Positions 9,719 through 19,514 of a stretch of 64,000 nucleotides of DNA are shown here, piece after piece. Every line of letters begins with the position of its first letter. The first letter of the stretch is position 1. This DNA is from Pseudomonadota bacterium (GTDB taxonomy: Bacteria > Pseudomonadota > Alphaproteobacteria > Rhodobacterales > Rhodobacteraceae), in NCBI GenBank assembly GCA_039208375.1, contig JBCCRC010000009.1, forward strand, positions 2,833 through 66,832, read 5' to 3'. A program made the translations under genes and the position numbers. The notes below the pieces were generated by a model. It was not told the DNA's origin and ran no database searches. It saw only the letters and a list, made by a program, of their open reading frames with translations.

Positions 9719-9770
9719 TACGGGACTGGGTTACTGATCAACATTACGGGACTGGGTTACTGATAAACAT
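9719..9770. repeat. two tandem copies of a 26-bp unit (25/26 identical)
   Basis: TACGGGACTGGGTTACTGATCAACAT (9719-9744) followed directly by TACGGGACTGGGTTACTGATAAACAT (9745-9770), 7 nt upstream of the GTG of the Flp-like ORF. Confidence 0.95.
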
Positions 9771-9796
9771 GAGGCACACACGGCCTCACTTTTCTG
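9770..9796 (-). terminator. hairpin with pyrimidine flanks, likely terminator of the SDR gene (bidirectional shape)
   Basis: TGAGGC-acacacg-GCCTCA, a 6-bp stem. It is followed by CTTTTCTG on the + strand and by TGTTTAT on the - strand. Confidence 0.45.
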
Positions 9797-9956
9797 CCAG
9801 ATTTAACGATTTCACGATGCCGTCCTCGGGGCTCAAACGGCCAACCCGGTGACGGTTCAGGGAAACTGTTATGGCAACGTCCGAGGATGTTCGACATGTC
9901 GCGACAATTGCGGGCAGCTGCTGCCACACTCGAAACGCCCCGCGCGATTGTGGCGT

Positions 9957-10910
9957 CTAGAAGACCGCGTGTTCCCCAAGATCCACGCGGGCGTCCCCGC
10001 GCAGAACCTTCTCGTAGAACTCAAACAACGTATCCGATCCAGTTGCCGGCGTTGCGTCCCGATCGTAGCGCCCGGTGGAAGGATCGAGGGCGAGCATCGA
10101 TTCTGTCGCATAGAATCGCCCGATACGTGTGCGCTCTGCCCGATCCGCCCATACTGGGCTCAGACGGCCCAGAAGGGCCGATACCCCAACGATCCCATCA
10201 AGCAGAGCCACGGGCACATGACGCACGCGCATCGGTTTGTCCAAAAGGCCAAAGAGCGCCTCTGCCTGATCGAGCGGTGTAATTGCGGGCCCCGGCCCCC
10301 CAATCGGCAAAATCTGGTTCCGCCGCGACGGATCAGTGAGGCACCCAGCCATATAGGCCCCAAGATCGGCATCACTGATCGGCGCGCAGGCCGTCAGCCG
10401 CCCATCACCGAACACAAGGAACGGTTTGCCTTGCCGCACCCGTTCGATCTGGCCAGAGAGTGACTTGAAAAACGCAGTTGGTCGTACAATCGAATGTGCA
10501 AGGCCTGAGGCAATCAGCTTGTCCTCGAATGCAAGCTTGGCGTGTTGGAAGGCCAGCCGCGGCTTCTGCACACAGATCGCCGATAGCAAAACCATGTGTG
10601 GTACACTGGCCAGCTCTGCTGCAGACAGCGCAGCCATATGCGCCCCGTAGTCAACAGCCCAAGCATCGCCCGGCACCCCCGTGCGAGACGTGAGGCAGGA
10701 GACGAGCGCATCGAAACGCTCCCCTCGAAACGCCTCTTCGCTCAAAGATGCGGCGCTTGTCACATCCGCCACTCGCGCATCAATACCTGGCGGCAGGGCG
10801 CTGCGCGATGTAGCGCGTGTCACCGCCACCACTTCGTGGCCCGCCGCACGGAGCGCGATCGCCGTGGCCCGCCCAGCGGTTCCCGTGCCCCCAAGAAGCA
10901 TGACACGCAA
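9957..10910 (-). CDS. NAD(P)-binding atypical SDR / NmrA-like protein
   Basis: N-terminal Rossmann motif MLLGGTGTAGRA. 317 aa with GC3-rich codon usage. Confidence 0.75.
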   Translation of the reverse strand: MRVMLLGGTGTAGRATAIALRAAGHEVVAVTRATSRSALPPGIDARVADVTSAASLSEEAFRGERFDALVSCLTSRTGVPGDAWAVDYGAHMAALSAAELASVPHMVLLSAICVQKPRLAFQHAKLAFEDKLIASGLAHSIVRPTAFFKSLSGQIERVRQGKPFLVFGDGRLTACAPISDADLGAYMAGCLTDPSRRNQILPIGGPGPAITPLDQAEALFGLLDKPMRVRHVPVALLDGIVGVSALLGRLSPVWADRAERTRIGRFYATESMLALDPSTGRYDRDATPATGSDTLFEFYEKVLRGDARVDLGEHAVF

Positions 10911-10927
10911 CGATGGCGAGGCTTGGG

Positions 10928-12220
10928 TCAGACAACCACCTCCACCTGCTGCTGCTCGCCCACCCCGAAAATGCGCTTGTACCTGGCGATTTCATCCGCC
11001 GGCCCCATCGCCTTTCGGGGGTTGTCGGAAAGCTTTACCGTCGGCTGGCCGTTGGCAGAGATCGCCTTGCACACAAGGCTGAAGGGCGACAGGCGATCCC
11101 CGGCAACCAGCCCGCGGAAATCGTTCGTTAGTAACGTGCCCCAGCCAAAGGACACCCGAACCCGGCCCGAAAACTGATCATGAAGCTCAATGATCTTGTT
11201 CACATCGAGCCCGTCAGAGAAGATTACAAGCTTCTCTCGCGGATCTTCACCACGCGACCGCCACCACGAGATGGCTGTTTCCGCGCCAGTCGCTGGATCG
11301 CCGGAATCAACGCGAATGCCCGTCCACCCTGCCAGCCAATCCGGTGCATTTTCCAGAAAGCCCTTGGTGCCATAAGTGTCGGGCAGAATGATCCGCAGAT
11401 TCCCATCGTGCTCTTCATGCCAGTCGGCAAGCACGTCGTAGGGTGCGCGGGCGAGCGCCTCGTCGCTATCGGCAAGCGCGGCGTAAACCATTGGAAGCTC
11501 GTGCGCATTCGTGCCGATCGCCTCGATATCCCGCCGCTGCGCGATCAGGCAGTTCGACGTGCCAGTGAACGCCTCGCCCAGCCCCTCGATCATCGCCTGC
11601 ACGCACCAATCCTGCCAGAGGAAGGAATGACGCCGCCGCGTTCCGAAATCCGCAATCCTCAAGTCGGGCAGCCCGCGCAACGCTTCCACTTTCTGCCAGA
11701 GCTTCGTCATCGCTCGGGCATAAAGCACCTGAAGCTCAAACCGCCCCATCTCGGCCAGAACGGCGCGGCCGCGAAGCTCCATCAACACGGCAAGTGCCGG
11801 GATTTCCCACAGCATGACCTCGGGCCAGGCGCCTTCAAAGGTCAGCTCATACTGCCCATCGCGCCGTTCCAGCGTGTAGGGTGGCAGGCGCAGGTTTTCG
11901 AACCACTCCATGAAATCGGGCCGAAACATCTGGCGCTTGCCATAAAACGTGTTACCGCGCAGCCATGTGCTTTCCCCGCGTGTGAGGCGAAGCGACCGGA
12001 TGTGGTCAAGCTGCTCACGCAATTCGCCCTCATCGATAAGGTCAGCCAACGGGATCTGTGTGCTGCGATTGATCAGGCTAAATCGCACCTGCGTGTCCCG
12101 CCGATTGCGGAATACCGATTGGCACATCAGAAGCTTGTAGAAGTCGGTATCGATCAGCGAACGAACGATCGGATCGATCTTCCACTTATGGTTATAGACG
12201 CGGCCTGCGATATCAACCAT
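10928..12220 (-). CDS. pncB: nicotinate phosphoribosyltransferase
   Basis: 430 aa. N-terminus [15 protein letters not shown] and GTNAHELPM are characteristic of PncB. It shares an operon with pncA. Confidence 0.9.
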   Translation of the reverse strand: MVDIAGRVYNHKWKIDPIVRSLIDTDFYKLLMCQSVFRNRRDTQVRFSLINRSTQIPLADLIDEGELREQLDHIRSLRLTRGESTWLRGNTFYGKRQMFRPDFMEWFENLRLPPYTLERRDGQYELTFEGAWPEVMLWEIPALAVLMELRGRAVLAEMGRFELQVLYARAMTKLWQKVEALRGLPDLRIADFGTRRRHSFLWQDWCVQAMIEGLGEAFTGTSNCLIAQRRDIEAIGTNAHELPMVYAALADSDEALARAPYDVLADWHEEHDGNLRIILPDTYGTKGFLENAPDWLAGWTGIRVDSGDPATGAETAISWWRSRGEDPREKLVIFSDGLDVNKIIELHDQFSGRVRVSFGWGTLLTNDFRGLVAGDRLSPFSLVCKAISANGQPTVKLSDNPRKAMGPADEIARYKRIFGVGEQQQVEVVV

Positions 12221-12281
12221 GTCGCGCTCCCTGATTGACGATGCGTTAAATCAAGGCCGGGAGAGCCTGTCCAGCCGGGCC

Positions 12282-13052
12282 CTAGGGCGTGCGTTTGCCT
12301 CGAGCCGCGCCGGCGGTAACGCGCTTGAGTTCATCTGCAAGCTCCCGCGGCCGATGGCGGGCGCGTTTGAGGGCCTGGTCCACCGCGACGCCATCCACGG
12401 CAGCCGCGGCGATCTCGGCCAATGCGTAAGTGGCAACCGCTGCGGTACCCTTGAGCGCCGCGCGGCAGAGGCTGTGAACCTGAAGGCTGGTGGCATGCGC
12501 GCCCAATACACCACTTCCCTCTGCGGGAATGCCTTGCGAAATCTGCTCGCACGCAACCGCCGAGTAAGACACGTAGCTGCGGCAAATCGTGGGGCGCGCC
12601 TCATAGGCCCGGCAGGCACGGGTTTCGGGATCAAGCGCAGGGCAGGCGCGCGGATGCCAATTGCGCCCGTCGGGCTGCCCCGCGAGAGGCGAAAGCGCCG
12701 CATGCAAAGTCCGCGCCTCGGATTCAGTGATCGTTCCCCCATCGTCACCTGTGAGGATGCAGCAGAACGCGCAGCCATGGGCACAGGCATAGCCCGCCTC
12801 CTCCTGCGGCTGCGAAAGCGCCACGCGAGCGGCAGTTACAGTCGGCACCCCCGACTTCATGTTTGAAACGAGCGTGTCGGGTCCGCTGCCCTGCCGCACG
12901 GCGGCATCTAGATACGCGAGAACAATGCGCCGCGCCCGATCCGTCGCCTCGTTGGCCGCGCCGGGTACCTTTGCCGCCGCTACGGCCTTACGAAGGCCAT
13001 CCAAGCCACGGCCCGGTTTTTGCGTCCTTGCGCGCCGGGCAGCGCGGTTCAT
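12282..13052 (-). CDS. YkgJ-family cysteine-cluster (CxxCxxCC) protein
   Basis: CAHGCAFCC plus CPALDPETRACRAYEARPTICRSY. Its start overlaps the pncA stop by 4 nt. Confidence 0.7.
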   Translation of the reverse strand: MNRAARRARTQKPGRGLDGLRKAVAAAKVPGAANEATDRARRIVLAYLDAAVRQGSGPDTLVSNMKSGVPTVTAARVALSQPQEEAGYACAHGCAFCCILTGDDGGTITESEARTLHAALSPLAGQPDGRNWHPRACPALDPETRACRAYEARPTICRSYVSYSAVACEQISQGIPAEGSGVLGAHATSLQVHSLCRAALKGTAAVATYALAEIAAAAVDGVAVDQALKRARHRPRELADELKRVTAGAARGKRTP

Positions 13053-13654
13053 GCCAGCTCCACCCCCGCCGCCTGCATCCCCGCCTTGGCTTCGTCGAGC
13101 GAGCCCTGAAGATCGATGGCCCGTGTAAGACTTTCGATGACGCGCACCTTAAAGCCAAGCTTGGCGGCATCAACGGCGGAATAGTTCACGCAATAATCCG
13201 TGGCGAGGCCCACAAGCGTTACCGTATCCACGCCCCTGCTGCGCAGATAGCCCTCAAGCCCCGTGGGTGTTTCATGATCGTTCTCGAAGAAGGCTGAGTA
13301 GCTGTCGATCGCGGTACGAAAGCCCTTGCGAATGATCAGATCCCCCGGATCAGTGGCGAGACTGGGATGAAACGCGGCCCCTTCACTGCCCTGAATGCAG
13401 TGGTCGGGCCACAGCACCTGTGGGCCGTAGGGCATCTCGATCATCTCGAACGGAGTCTTGCCGGGGTGGCTTGAGGCAAACGAAGAATGGCCTGCGGGAT
13501 GCCAATCCTGCGTCAGCACCCGAACCGGAAACTCCGGCATCAGCGCGTTGATCGGCGCCACTATCTCATCGCCCCCCGCCACGGCCAAATGGCCGCCTGG
13601 GCAGAAATCGTTCTGAACATCGATCACGAGGAGGGCTTCGTTGGCAGGGCGCAT
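13049..13654 (-). CDS. pncA: nicotinamidase/pyrazinamidase
   Basis: Isochorismatase fold: LLVIDVQNDFCPGG, catalytic Cys in LVGLATDYCV. Confidence 0.9.
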   Translation of the reverse strand: MRPANEALLVIDVQNDFCPGGHLAVAGGDEIVAPINALMPEFPVRVLTQDWHPAGHSSFASSHPGKTPFEMIEMPYGPQVLWPDHCIQGSEGAAFHPSLATDPGDLIIRKGFRTAIDSYSAFFENDHETPTGLEGYLRSRGVDTVTLVGLATDYCVNYSAVDAAKLGFKVRVIESLTRAIDLQGSLDEAKAGMQAAGVELA

Positions 13655-13753
13655 GGCGTGGTTCCTGATTGGGGCCCTGATTGCCTAGGCGCGCACCGGC
13701 CCGCCGTCAACGCCACTTGCCCTTCAGCGCGTGCCGGGCCTAGATCGCAGGCA

Positions 13754-14641
13754 ATGTATGTAATTGCCGCATTCTACCAGTTCACACGGATTACAGACCC
13801 TGAGGCGCTAAAGAAGCCCCTCGCGGCGTGCGCCTGTGCGGGTGAGGTCACCGGCACAATCCTAATTGCGCCCGAAGGCATCAACGGCACTATCGCGGGG
13901 CCGCGTAGCGGCATCGATCGGGTGATGGCCCATATTCGCACGCTTCCCGACTGTGCAGAGATCGAGTGGAAGGAAAGCCATGCCGAACAGCCGCCATTCG
14001 GCCGTCTGAAAGTGCGCCTCAAGCAGGAAATCGTCACGATGCGGCAGCCCGGGGTGGACCCAACTTGTGCCGTTGGCCGCTACGTGGCCGCGCAGGATTG
14101 GAACGCACTGATCTCTGCCCCCGACGTGGCGGTGATCGATACGCGCAACGACTTCGAAGTGGCAATCGGCACGTTCCGCGGCGCCATAAACCCCGCAACC
14201 ACATCTTTCTCCGATTTCCCGGCGTGGTGGGAGGCGAACCGGGCGGGACTGGAAGGCAAGCGCATCGCAATGTTTTGCACGGGCGGCATTCGGTGCGAGA
14301 AATCAACCAATTGGCTCATCTCGCAAGGGGTCGAAGAGGTGTTTCACCTCAAAGGTGGCATCCTGAAATACCTCGAAGACGTCCCCGAAGACGAAAGCTT
14401 GTGGGAGGGCGCGTGCTTCGTTTTCGATCGCCGCGTTTCCGTACGCCACGGCCTGAAAGAAGGCGAACACGCGCTATGCCATGGCTGCCGGCGACCGTTG
14501 TCGCCAGAAGATCTAGAGAGACCGGAATACGAGCCCGGCGTCAGCTGTCACCAGTGTCTGAATGAACATACCGAAGAAGATCGCGCCCGATTCCGGGAGC
14601 GCCACCGCCAGATGGCGCTCACCGCAGCGCGTGAAGGCTAG
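13754..14641 (+). CDS. trhO: rhodanese-domain tRNA U34 hydroxylase family protein (TrhO/YceA)
   Basis: MYVIAAFYQF...ILIAPEGINGTIAG, rhodanese active-site loop CTGGIRCEK, C-terminal Cys cluster. The upstream in-frame extension to 13487 overlaps pncA and was rejected. Confidence 0.8.
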   Translation: MYVIAAFYQFTRITDPEALKKPLAACACAGEVTGTILIAPEGINGTIAGPRSGIDRVMAHIRTLPDCAEIEWKESHAEQPPFGRLKVRLKQEIVTMRQPGVDPTCAVGRYVAAQDWNALISAPDVAVIDTRNDFEVAIGTFRGAINPATTSFSDFPAWWEANRAGLEGKRIAMFCTGGIRCEKSTNWLISQGVEEVFHLKGGILKYLEDVPEDESLWEGACFVFDRRVSVRHGLKEGEHALCHGCRRPLSPEDLERPEYEPGVSCHQCLNEHTEEDRARFRERHRQMALTAAREG

Positions 14642-16032
14642 GCTTCGAGGGCGCAGCGCAGAAGTTCCAGATCCTCTGCGATCTGACTGTCATTCTGCTT
14701 CAGTTCCTCGATCCGGCGCACGCCGTGCATCACAGTTGTATGATCCCGCCCGCCGAAGCGGCGCCCGATCTCCGGCAACGACCGCGAGGTCATGTGCTTG
14801 GCCAGATACATCGCCACCTGCCGCGGGCGCGCGAACGTGCGCACGCGCTTGGGGCCCACCAGATCGCTGATCCGAATGTTGTAGTGATCAGCCACTTTAC
14901 GTTGAATTTCCTCAACCGTGATCTTCCGATCCGATGCGCGCAGCACATCGGCCAGGCAATCCTGCGCCAGTTCCAGCGTGATCTCGCGGCCCACAAGGCT
15001 ACCGAACGCGAAAAGCCGCATCATCGCGCCCTCGAGCACACGTACGTTGGTTGAGATCCGGTGCGCCAAAAACTCTAGCACCCCATCGGCAATTTCTAGA
15101 TCGCGAAACTGCTCGCTGTACTGTTCCACCTTCTGCTGAAGGATGCCGAGGCGTAGCTCGTAGTTCGTTGGATGCAGATCCACCACGAGGCCCGATTGCA
15201 TGCGACTGACAATGCGATCTTCGATACCGCGTATCTCCGTCGGCGCACGATCAGCCGAAAGAATGATCTGCTTGTTCTGGTCAACGAGCGCGTTGAAGGT
15301 GTGGAAGAACTCCTCCTGCGTCGCCTCTTTCCCGGCAATGAATTGAACGTCATCCACCATCAGAACATCGACGGAGCGGAAGAGTTCCTTGAAGCCGATC
15401 ATCTCCTTATCCCGCAGCGCCTGAACAAAACGGTACATGAATTGTTCCGCCGACAGATAGACCACGCGCATGTTGGGCTGGCGGGCCTGAAGATCCCACG
15501 CGATGGCGTGCATCAGGTGAGTTTTACCAAGCCCGACACCGCCATAGAGGAAGAGTGGATTGAAGGTGACGAGGCCGCCTTCTGCCACGCGTTTGGCTGC
15601 CGCATGGGCAAGCTCATTTGGCTTACCCACAACAAACGAATCAAACGTGAAACGCGCATCCAAGGGCGCCCCTGGCAATGGCCCCACCTCGGCCAGCCGC
15701 GCGGCGGGCGACCCATTTGTATCGCCGTTCATGGTAGACCCCTTCCCTCCCGGCACGACGATTTCGCTGACCGCGAACTCGACCCGCGTGACCGGATGGC
15801 CCGAGCCTTTCATGACGCGCATGATCTGGTCCGAAAAATTGCGCGACACCCACGTGCCCATAAATTGTGTTGGAACAAGGAACTTGGCGACACCGTCTTC
15901 GAGTTGCGAAAACTCGAGCGGCTCTATCCAGTTCATGTAGTTGTTTTTGCCGACCGTACCGATAAGATTTTCACGAATTGTACCCCACGCTTCATTCGTC
16001 ATCCTGACCCGACCTGTGTTTCGTTTTTTCAT
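14638..16032 (-). CDS. dnaA: chromosomal replication initiator DnaA
   Basis: Walker A GGVGLGKTHL. C-terminal DNA-binding helix RPRQVAMYLAKHMTSRSLPEIGRRFGGRDHTTVMH. Alternative start at MTNEAW (16002). Confidence 0.95.
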   Translation of the reverse strand: MKKRNTGRVRMTNEAWGTIRENLIGTVGKNNYMNWIEPLEFSQLEDGVAKFLVPTQFMGTWVSRNFSDQIMRVMKGSGHPVTRVEFAVSEIVVPGGKGSTMNGDTNGSPAARLAEVGPLPGAPLDARFTFDSFVVGKPNELAHAAAKRVAEGGLVTFNPLFLYGGVGLGKTHLMHAIAWDLQARQPNMRVVYLSAEQFMYRFVQALRDKEMIGFKELFRSVDVLMVDDVQFIAGKEATQEEFFHTFNALVDQNKQIILSADRAPTEIRGIEDRIVSRMQSGLVVDLHPTNYELRLGILQQKVEQYSEQFRDLEIADGVLEFLAHRISTNVRVLEGAMMRLFAFGSLVGREITLELAQDCLADVLRASDRKITVEEIQRKVADHYNIRISDLVGPKRVRTFARPRQVAMYLAKHMTSRSLPEIGRRFGGRDHTTVMHGVRRIEELKQNDSQIAEDLELLRCALEA

Positions 16033-16553
16033 TGCCGACGGGCGCCTCGCATCCCGCCGTCGGGCCGCCCGGGCAAAGGCGAACCCTGTTGTCCCCTACG
16101 AAACACGGAATTGGGTCAGGCGGCCTGCTCCACCTGCGCACTGGCATACCGGCCAGAACGGCCCGCGATACGGAAAACGTGCGCAACCTGCCGGAGAGCC
16201 CGCTCCGGGTACGGCCGTGCACGCATTAACGCATGCGCGGGGCATATCGGACATGACATTTCGGGCCGCCGCTGTAGGCACTCACGCGCAACAAGCCCAA
16301 TCAGAGATCGCTGGACAGCGGTGCCTTTGCACCCCGATCCGATCCCCGCGAACGTTTTCCCGAACCCCCGGGAAAGCCCCGCCCCGTGCTGGCAGTGCAC
16401 GGATTTTGACGGCGCCTCACGTTCCCTTCATGTCCCCCCAAGACGATGTGAATCGCAGGTGCAAGGTAGCAACGCCGGTGAGGCGCAGGCAACACAACTT
16501 CAGGCTTGACTAGGCCCTTTCAGCGAAAGAATCCCGGCGGTGTTGCTGGAATG

Positions 16554-16578
16554 AAAAACGCGCCCGAGAGGGCGCGTT
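16554..16578 (-). terminator. rho-independent terminator of rpsT
   Basis: Minus strand reads AACGCGCCC-tctc-GGGCGCGTT followed by TTTTC, 27 nt after the rpsT stop. Confidence 0.8.
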
Positions 16579-16604
16579 CGATAGGCGTGATTAGGATCAG
16601 TAGC

Positions 16605-16868
16605 TTAGCCGATCGCTTTCACTCTGGCAGCCAGACGCGACATTTTTCTCGCGGCCGTATTCTTGTGGAAAACCCCCTTGGATACGCCGCGCATCAGCTC
16701 TGGCTGGGCCGCACGCAGCGCTGCCGAGGCCGCATCACGATCGCCGGTGCCGATCGCTTCTTCCACTTTGCGGATGAACGTCCGAATCCGCGAGCGGCGC
16801 GCCTTGTTGATTTCCAGGCGCCGTAGGTTCTGACGGGCGCGCTTTTTGGATTGGGGCGAATTTGCCAT
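16605..16868 (-). CDS. rpsT: 30S ribosomal protein S20
   Basis: 87 aa, [17 protein letters not shown]..., basic and helical. Confidence 0.95.
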   Translation of the reverse strand: MANSPQSKKRARQNLRRLEINKARRSRIRTFIRKVEEAIGTGDRDAASAALRAAQPELMRGVSKGVFHKNTAARKMSRLAARVKAIG

Positions 16869-16982
16869 AGCTCTGGATGTTCCAAGTTATCTGAACGTCG
16901 ATTGAAGCCGCGCTTCTAGGCGGGCGTTTCTGGCCTGTCAAGCGGGGCAGTAACGGAATCCATCGCCTTTGCCGGCCTGTCC

Positions 16983-17759
16983 TTACTTGTCGCGGAACTG
17001 GGCCTCGCGTTTGTCCACGAATGCGGCCATGCCTTCGGACTGATCTTCGGTGGCAAACAGCATGTGGAACATGCGCCGCTCGAACAACACGCCCTCCCGC
17101 AGCGTTGTCTCGTAGCTGCGGTTAACGGCTTCTTTCACTGCCATCGTCGTCACCGCAGATTTCTCGGCAATCTTCTGGGCGGCAGCCAACGCCTCTTCGA
17201 TAAGCTTCTTCGCGGGCACGATGCGCGAAACAAGGCCGGAGCGTTCTGCCTCTTCCGCCGTCATGAAGCGGCCCGTAAGATGCATCTCCATCGATTTCGA
17301 TTTGCCCACAAAGCGCGTCAGCCGCTGGGTCCCGCCGAGCCCGGCAACGACGCCAAGGTTGATTTCGGGCTGCCCGAACTTTGCCGTATCGGCAGCAATG
17401 ATGAAATCGCACATCATCGCAAGCTCGCACCCGCCGCCGAGCGCGTATCCTGCCACCGCGGCAATCACGGGCTTTCGGCACCGGTTCAGCTGCTCAAGCT
17501 CGTCACCGAACAAATCGTTGGTGAAGACATCAACAAAGCTGCGGCCCGCCATCTCGGTGATATCGGCACCGGCGGCAAAAGCCTTCTCCGATCCGGTGAT
17601 GACCGTGCAACGCACTTTGTCATTCGCCTCCGCCTCTTTAAGGGCGGCGGTAAGCTCGCCCAGAAGTTCGGCATTCAGCGCGTTGCGCTGCTCCGGACGG
17701 TTCAGAGTGATGAGGCAGACGTGATCGTCCACATCCACAATGATCGTATTGTACGCCAT
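16983..17759 (-). CDS. enoyl-CoA hydratase (crotonase family)
   Basis: 258 aa. AFAAGADI and [15 protein letters not shown] motifs. Confidence 0.9.
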   Translation of the reverse strand: MAYNTIIVDVDDHVCLITLNRPEQRNALNAELLGELTAALKEAEANDKVRCTVITGSEKAFAAGADITEMAGRSFVDVFTNDLFGDELEQLNRCRKPVIAAVAGYALGGGCELAMMCDFIIAADTAKFGQPEINLGVVAGLGGTQRLTRFVGKSKSMEMHLTGRFMTAEEAERSGLVSRIVPAKKLIEEALAAAQKIAEKSAVTTMAVKEAVNRSYETTLREGVLFERRMFHMLFATEDQSEGMAAFVDKREAQFRDK

Positions 17760-17819
17760 GTATCCCCGCAGGCGATTGATCCGGCGGAACGCTTTAACAG
17801 CCGTGACCGTTGGATCAAG

Positions 17820-18671
17820 TTATCTTTGGCAGCTTGGGCAGTAGAAGGTAGAGCGCCCCGATTGAACTATGCGCGTGATCGTGCCGCCACATCCGGGGGT
17901 GGGGCACTGGCCGCCTTCACGCCCATAGGCCCGGAAGGTGTGCTGAAAATATCCCAATTCTCCATCAGCTTGGCGATAATCACGCAAGGATGAACCTCCG
18001 GCTTCGATCGCCTCGCGCAGGACATCGCGGATCACCGGTACGAGGCGGCGCACCCGTGGGGCAGCAATCCGCCGGGCCTGGCGCCGGGGGGAAATTCCAG
18101 CACGGTGCAGCGCCTCACAGACGTAAATGTTGCCAAGCCCGGCCACGATTCGCTGATCGAGCAGGGCGGCTTTTGCCGGGGTTCGGCGGCCTGCGAATGC
18201 TGCGACGAGGTAATCTTCGTGAAAGTCGTTGCCCAGCGGCTCGGGCCCGATCGATTGCAGAAGCCAGTGATCGTTTAGGGCGCTGCTGTGCGCGAGATCC
18301 ATCGCGCCGAAGCGCCGCGCATCGTTGAACGTCACCCGCGCACCGCCTTCGAAACAAAGGACAACGTGATCGTGTTTTTCGGGAGCCGGGTGGGCATGGT
18401 GGAACTGCCCCACCTGCGCACCTGAAATCAGGATCCGGCCGGACATGCCGAGGTGGATGATAAGCGTCTCCCCCGTATCGAGATCGGCGAGGATATACTT
18501 CGATCGGCGGCGAAGCGTTGTCACCCGTGCGCCCGTCAGCCGGGCAGCCATCCGTTCAGGCAGCGGCCATCGCAGATCAGGGCGCCGCACATCGGCCATC
18601 TCAATGCGTTTGCCCTCGACCACACCAAGCAGCCCGCGCCGCACCGTTTCCACCTCGGGTAATTCGGGCAC
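17820..18671 (-). CDS. mutM: formamidopyrimidine-DNA glycosylase
   Basis: N-terminal MPELPEVE and C-terminal zinc finger CPTPGCGG...FYCPSCQ. Confidence 0.95.
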   Translation of the reverse strand: MPELPEVETVRRGLLGVVEGKRIEMADVRRPDLRWPLPERMAARLTGARVTTLRRRSKYILADLDTGETLIIHLGMSGRILISGAQVGQFHHAHPAPEKHDHVVLCFEGGARVTFNDARRFGAMDLAHSSALNDHWLLQSIGPEPLGNDFHEDYLVAAFAGRRTPAKAALLDQRIVAGLGNIYVCEALHRAGISPRRQARRIAAPRVRRLVPVIRDVLREAIEAGGSSLRDYRQADGELGYFQHTFRAYGREGGQCPTPGCGGTITRIVQSGRSTFYCPSCQR

Positions 18672-18761
18672 GAACCCGCGCCTCCTCTTGCCGCGGGCGC
18701 ATTGCAGCGCCCCGTTCGCGCCCTATAAGAAGGCGAGGTTTCCCGAGAACGGCAAGGGCCG

Positions 18762-19514
18762 ATGAGCACAGACTCTTCCGAAACAACGCATTTCGGCGAT
18801 CGCGTCGTCGCTGAAGACGAAAAGGCCGGCCTTGTGCATGGTGTCTTTTCGAGTGTCGCATCGAACTACGACGTGATGAACGATGTGATGTCTGTTGGCG
18901 TGCACCGGCTCTGGAAATCAGCGATGATGGACTGGCTTGCGCCGCGCCCCGGCCAGCGGCTTTTGGATGTCGCCGGCGGCACCGGGGATATCGCGTTCCG
19001 CTTTTTGCGCCGCGCGCCCGGAACCGAGGCCGTTGTCTGCGACATGACGGAAAGCATGCTGGTTGAGGGCCGCAAACGCGCTGAGGTTGATCAGTTGGGC
19101 GGGCGCCTGGAGTGGGTGGTGGGCGATGCGATGGCCCTGCCGTTCCCGGATGCCAGCTTCGATGCCTATACGATTTCGTTCGGGATCCGGAACGTGACCC
19201 GGATCGACGCGGCGCTGAACGAGGCGTTTCGGGTGTTGAAACACGGCGGTCGGCTCATGGTGCTGGAGTTCTCGCAGCTTCCGAACCCCGCCTTGCAATG
19301 GGCCTATGATCGCTATTCCTACAACCTCATCCCGGCGATGGGGCAAGTGATCGCGCGGGATCGCGAGAGCTACCAGTATCTGGTCGAATCGATCCGCAAA
19401 TTCCCGGATCAGGAAGCTTTTGCACAGATGATCGCGGCTGCCGGGTTCGAGAACGTGAAATACCGCAACTTGTCGATGGGCATTGCCGCGCTGCATTCGG
19501 GGTGGAAACTCTAG
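18762..19514 (+). CDS. ubiE: ubiquinone/menaquinone biosynthesis C-methyltransferase
   Basis: SAM motif [16 protein letters not shown], 250 aa. Immediately followed by ubiB. Confidence 0.9.
   Translation: MSTDSSETTHFGDRVVAEDEKAGLVHGVFSSVASNYDVMNDVMSVGVHRLWKSAMMDWLAPRPGQRLLDVAGGTGDIAFRFLRRAPGTEAVVCDMTESMLVEGRKRAEVDQLGGRLEWVVGDAMALPFPDASFDAYTISFGIRNVTRIDAALNEAFRVLKHGGRLMVLEFSQLPNPALQWAYDRYSYNLIPAMGQVIARDRESYQYLVESIRKFPDQEAFAQMIAAAGFENVKYRNLSMGIAALHSGWKL

Noticed and set aside
9719-9770. Could the tandem repeat be a CRISPR array or a mobile-element end?
   Set aside because: There are only two directly abutting copies with no spacers, no cas genes and no transposase, and I found no inverted partner elsewhere in the window.
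15172-16509. 445-aa plus-strand ORF antisense to dnaA. Similar long antisense ORFs are 48295-49839 (514 aa), 61097-62401 (434 aa), 17064-17993 (309 aa), 18918-19937 (339 aa), 11180-12238 (352 aa), 39374-40435 (353 aa) and 3610-4740 (376 aa).
   Set aside because: These are shadow ORFs, typical of high-GC DNA. The translations are Arg/Pro/Gly/His-rich with no recognisable motifs, and each lies opposite or out of frame to a gene with a clear family signature.
16033-16604. Possible oriC, DnaA-box cluster or CcrM control region in the 572-nt dnaA-rpsT spacer.
   Set aside because: I found no good TTATCCACA/TGTGGATAA-type boxes. The best matches are about 6-7 of 9 (TGCTCCACC, TGTGAATCG). There is no AT-rich unwinding element. 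The two GANTC sites (16450, 16529) are about what chance predicts for this length. The region is more likely a long dnaA leader/promoter, since alphaproteobacterial origins are usually not next to dnaA.
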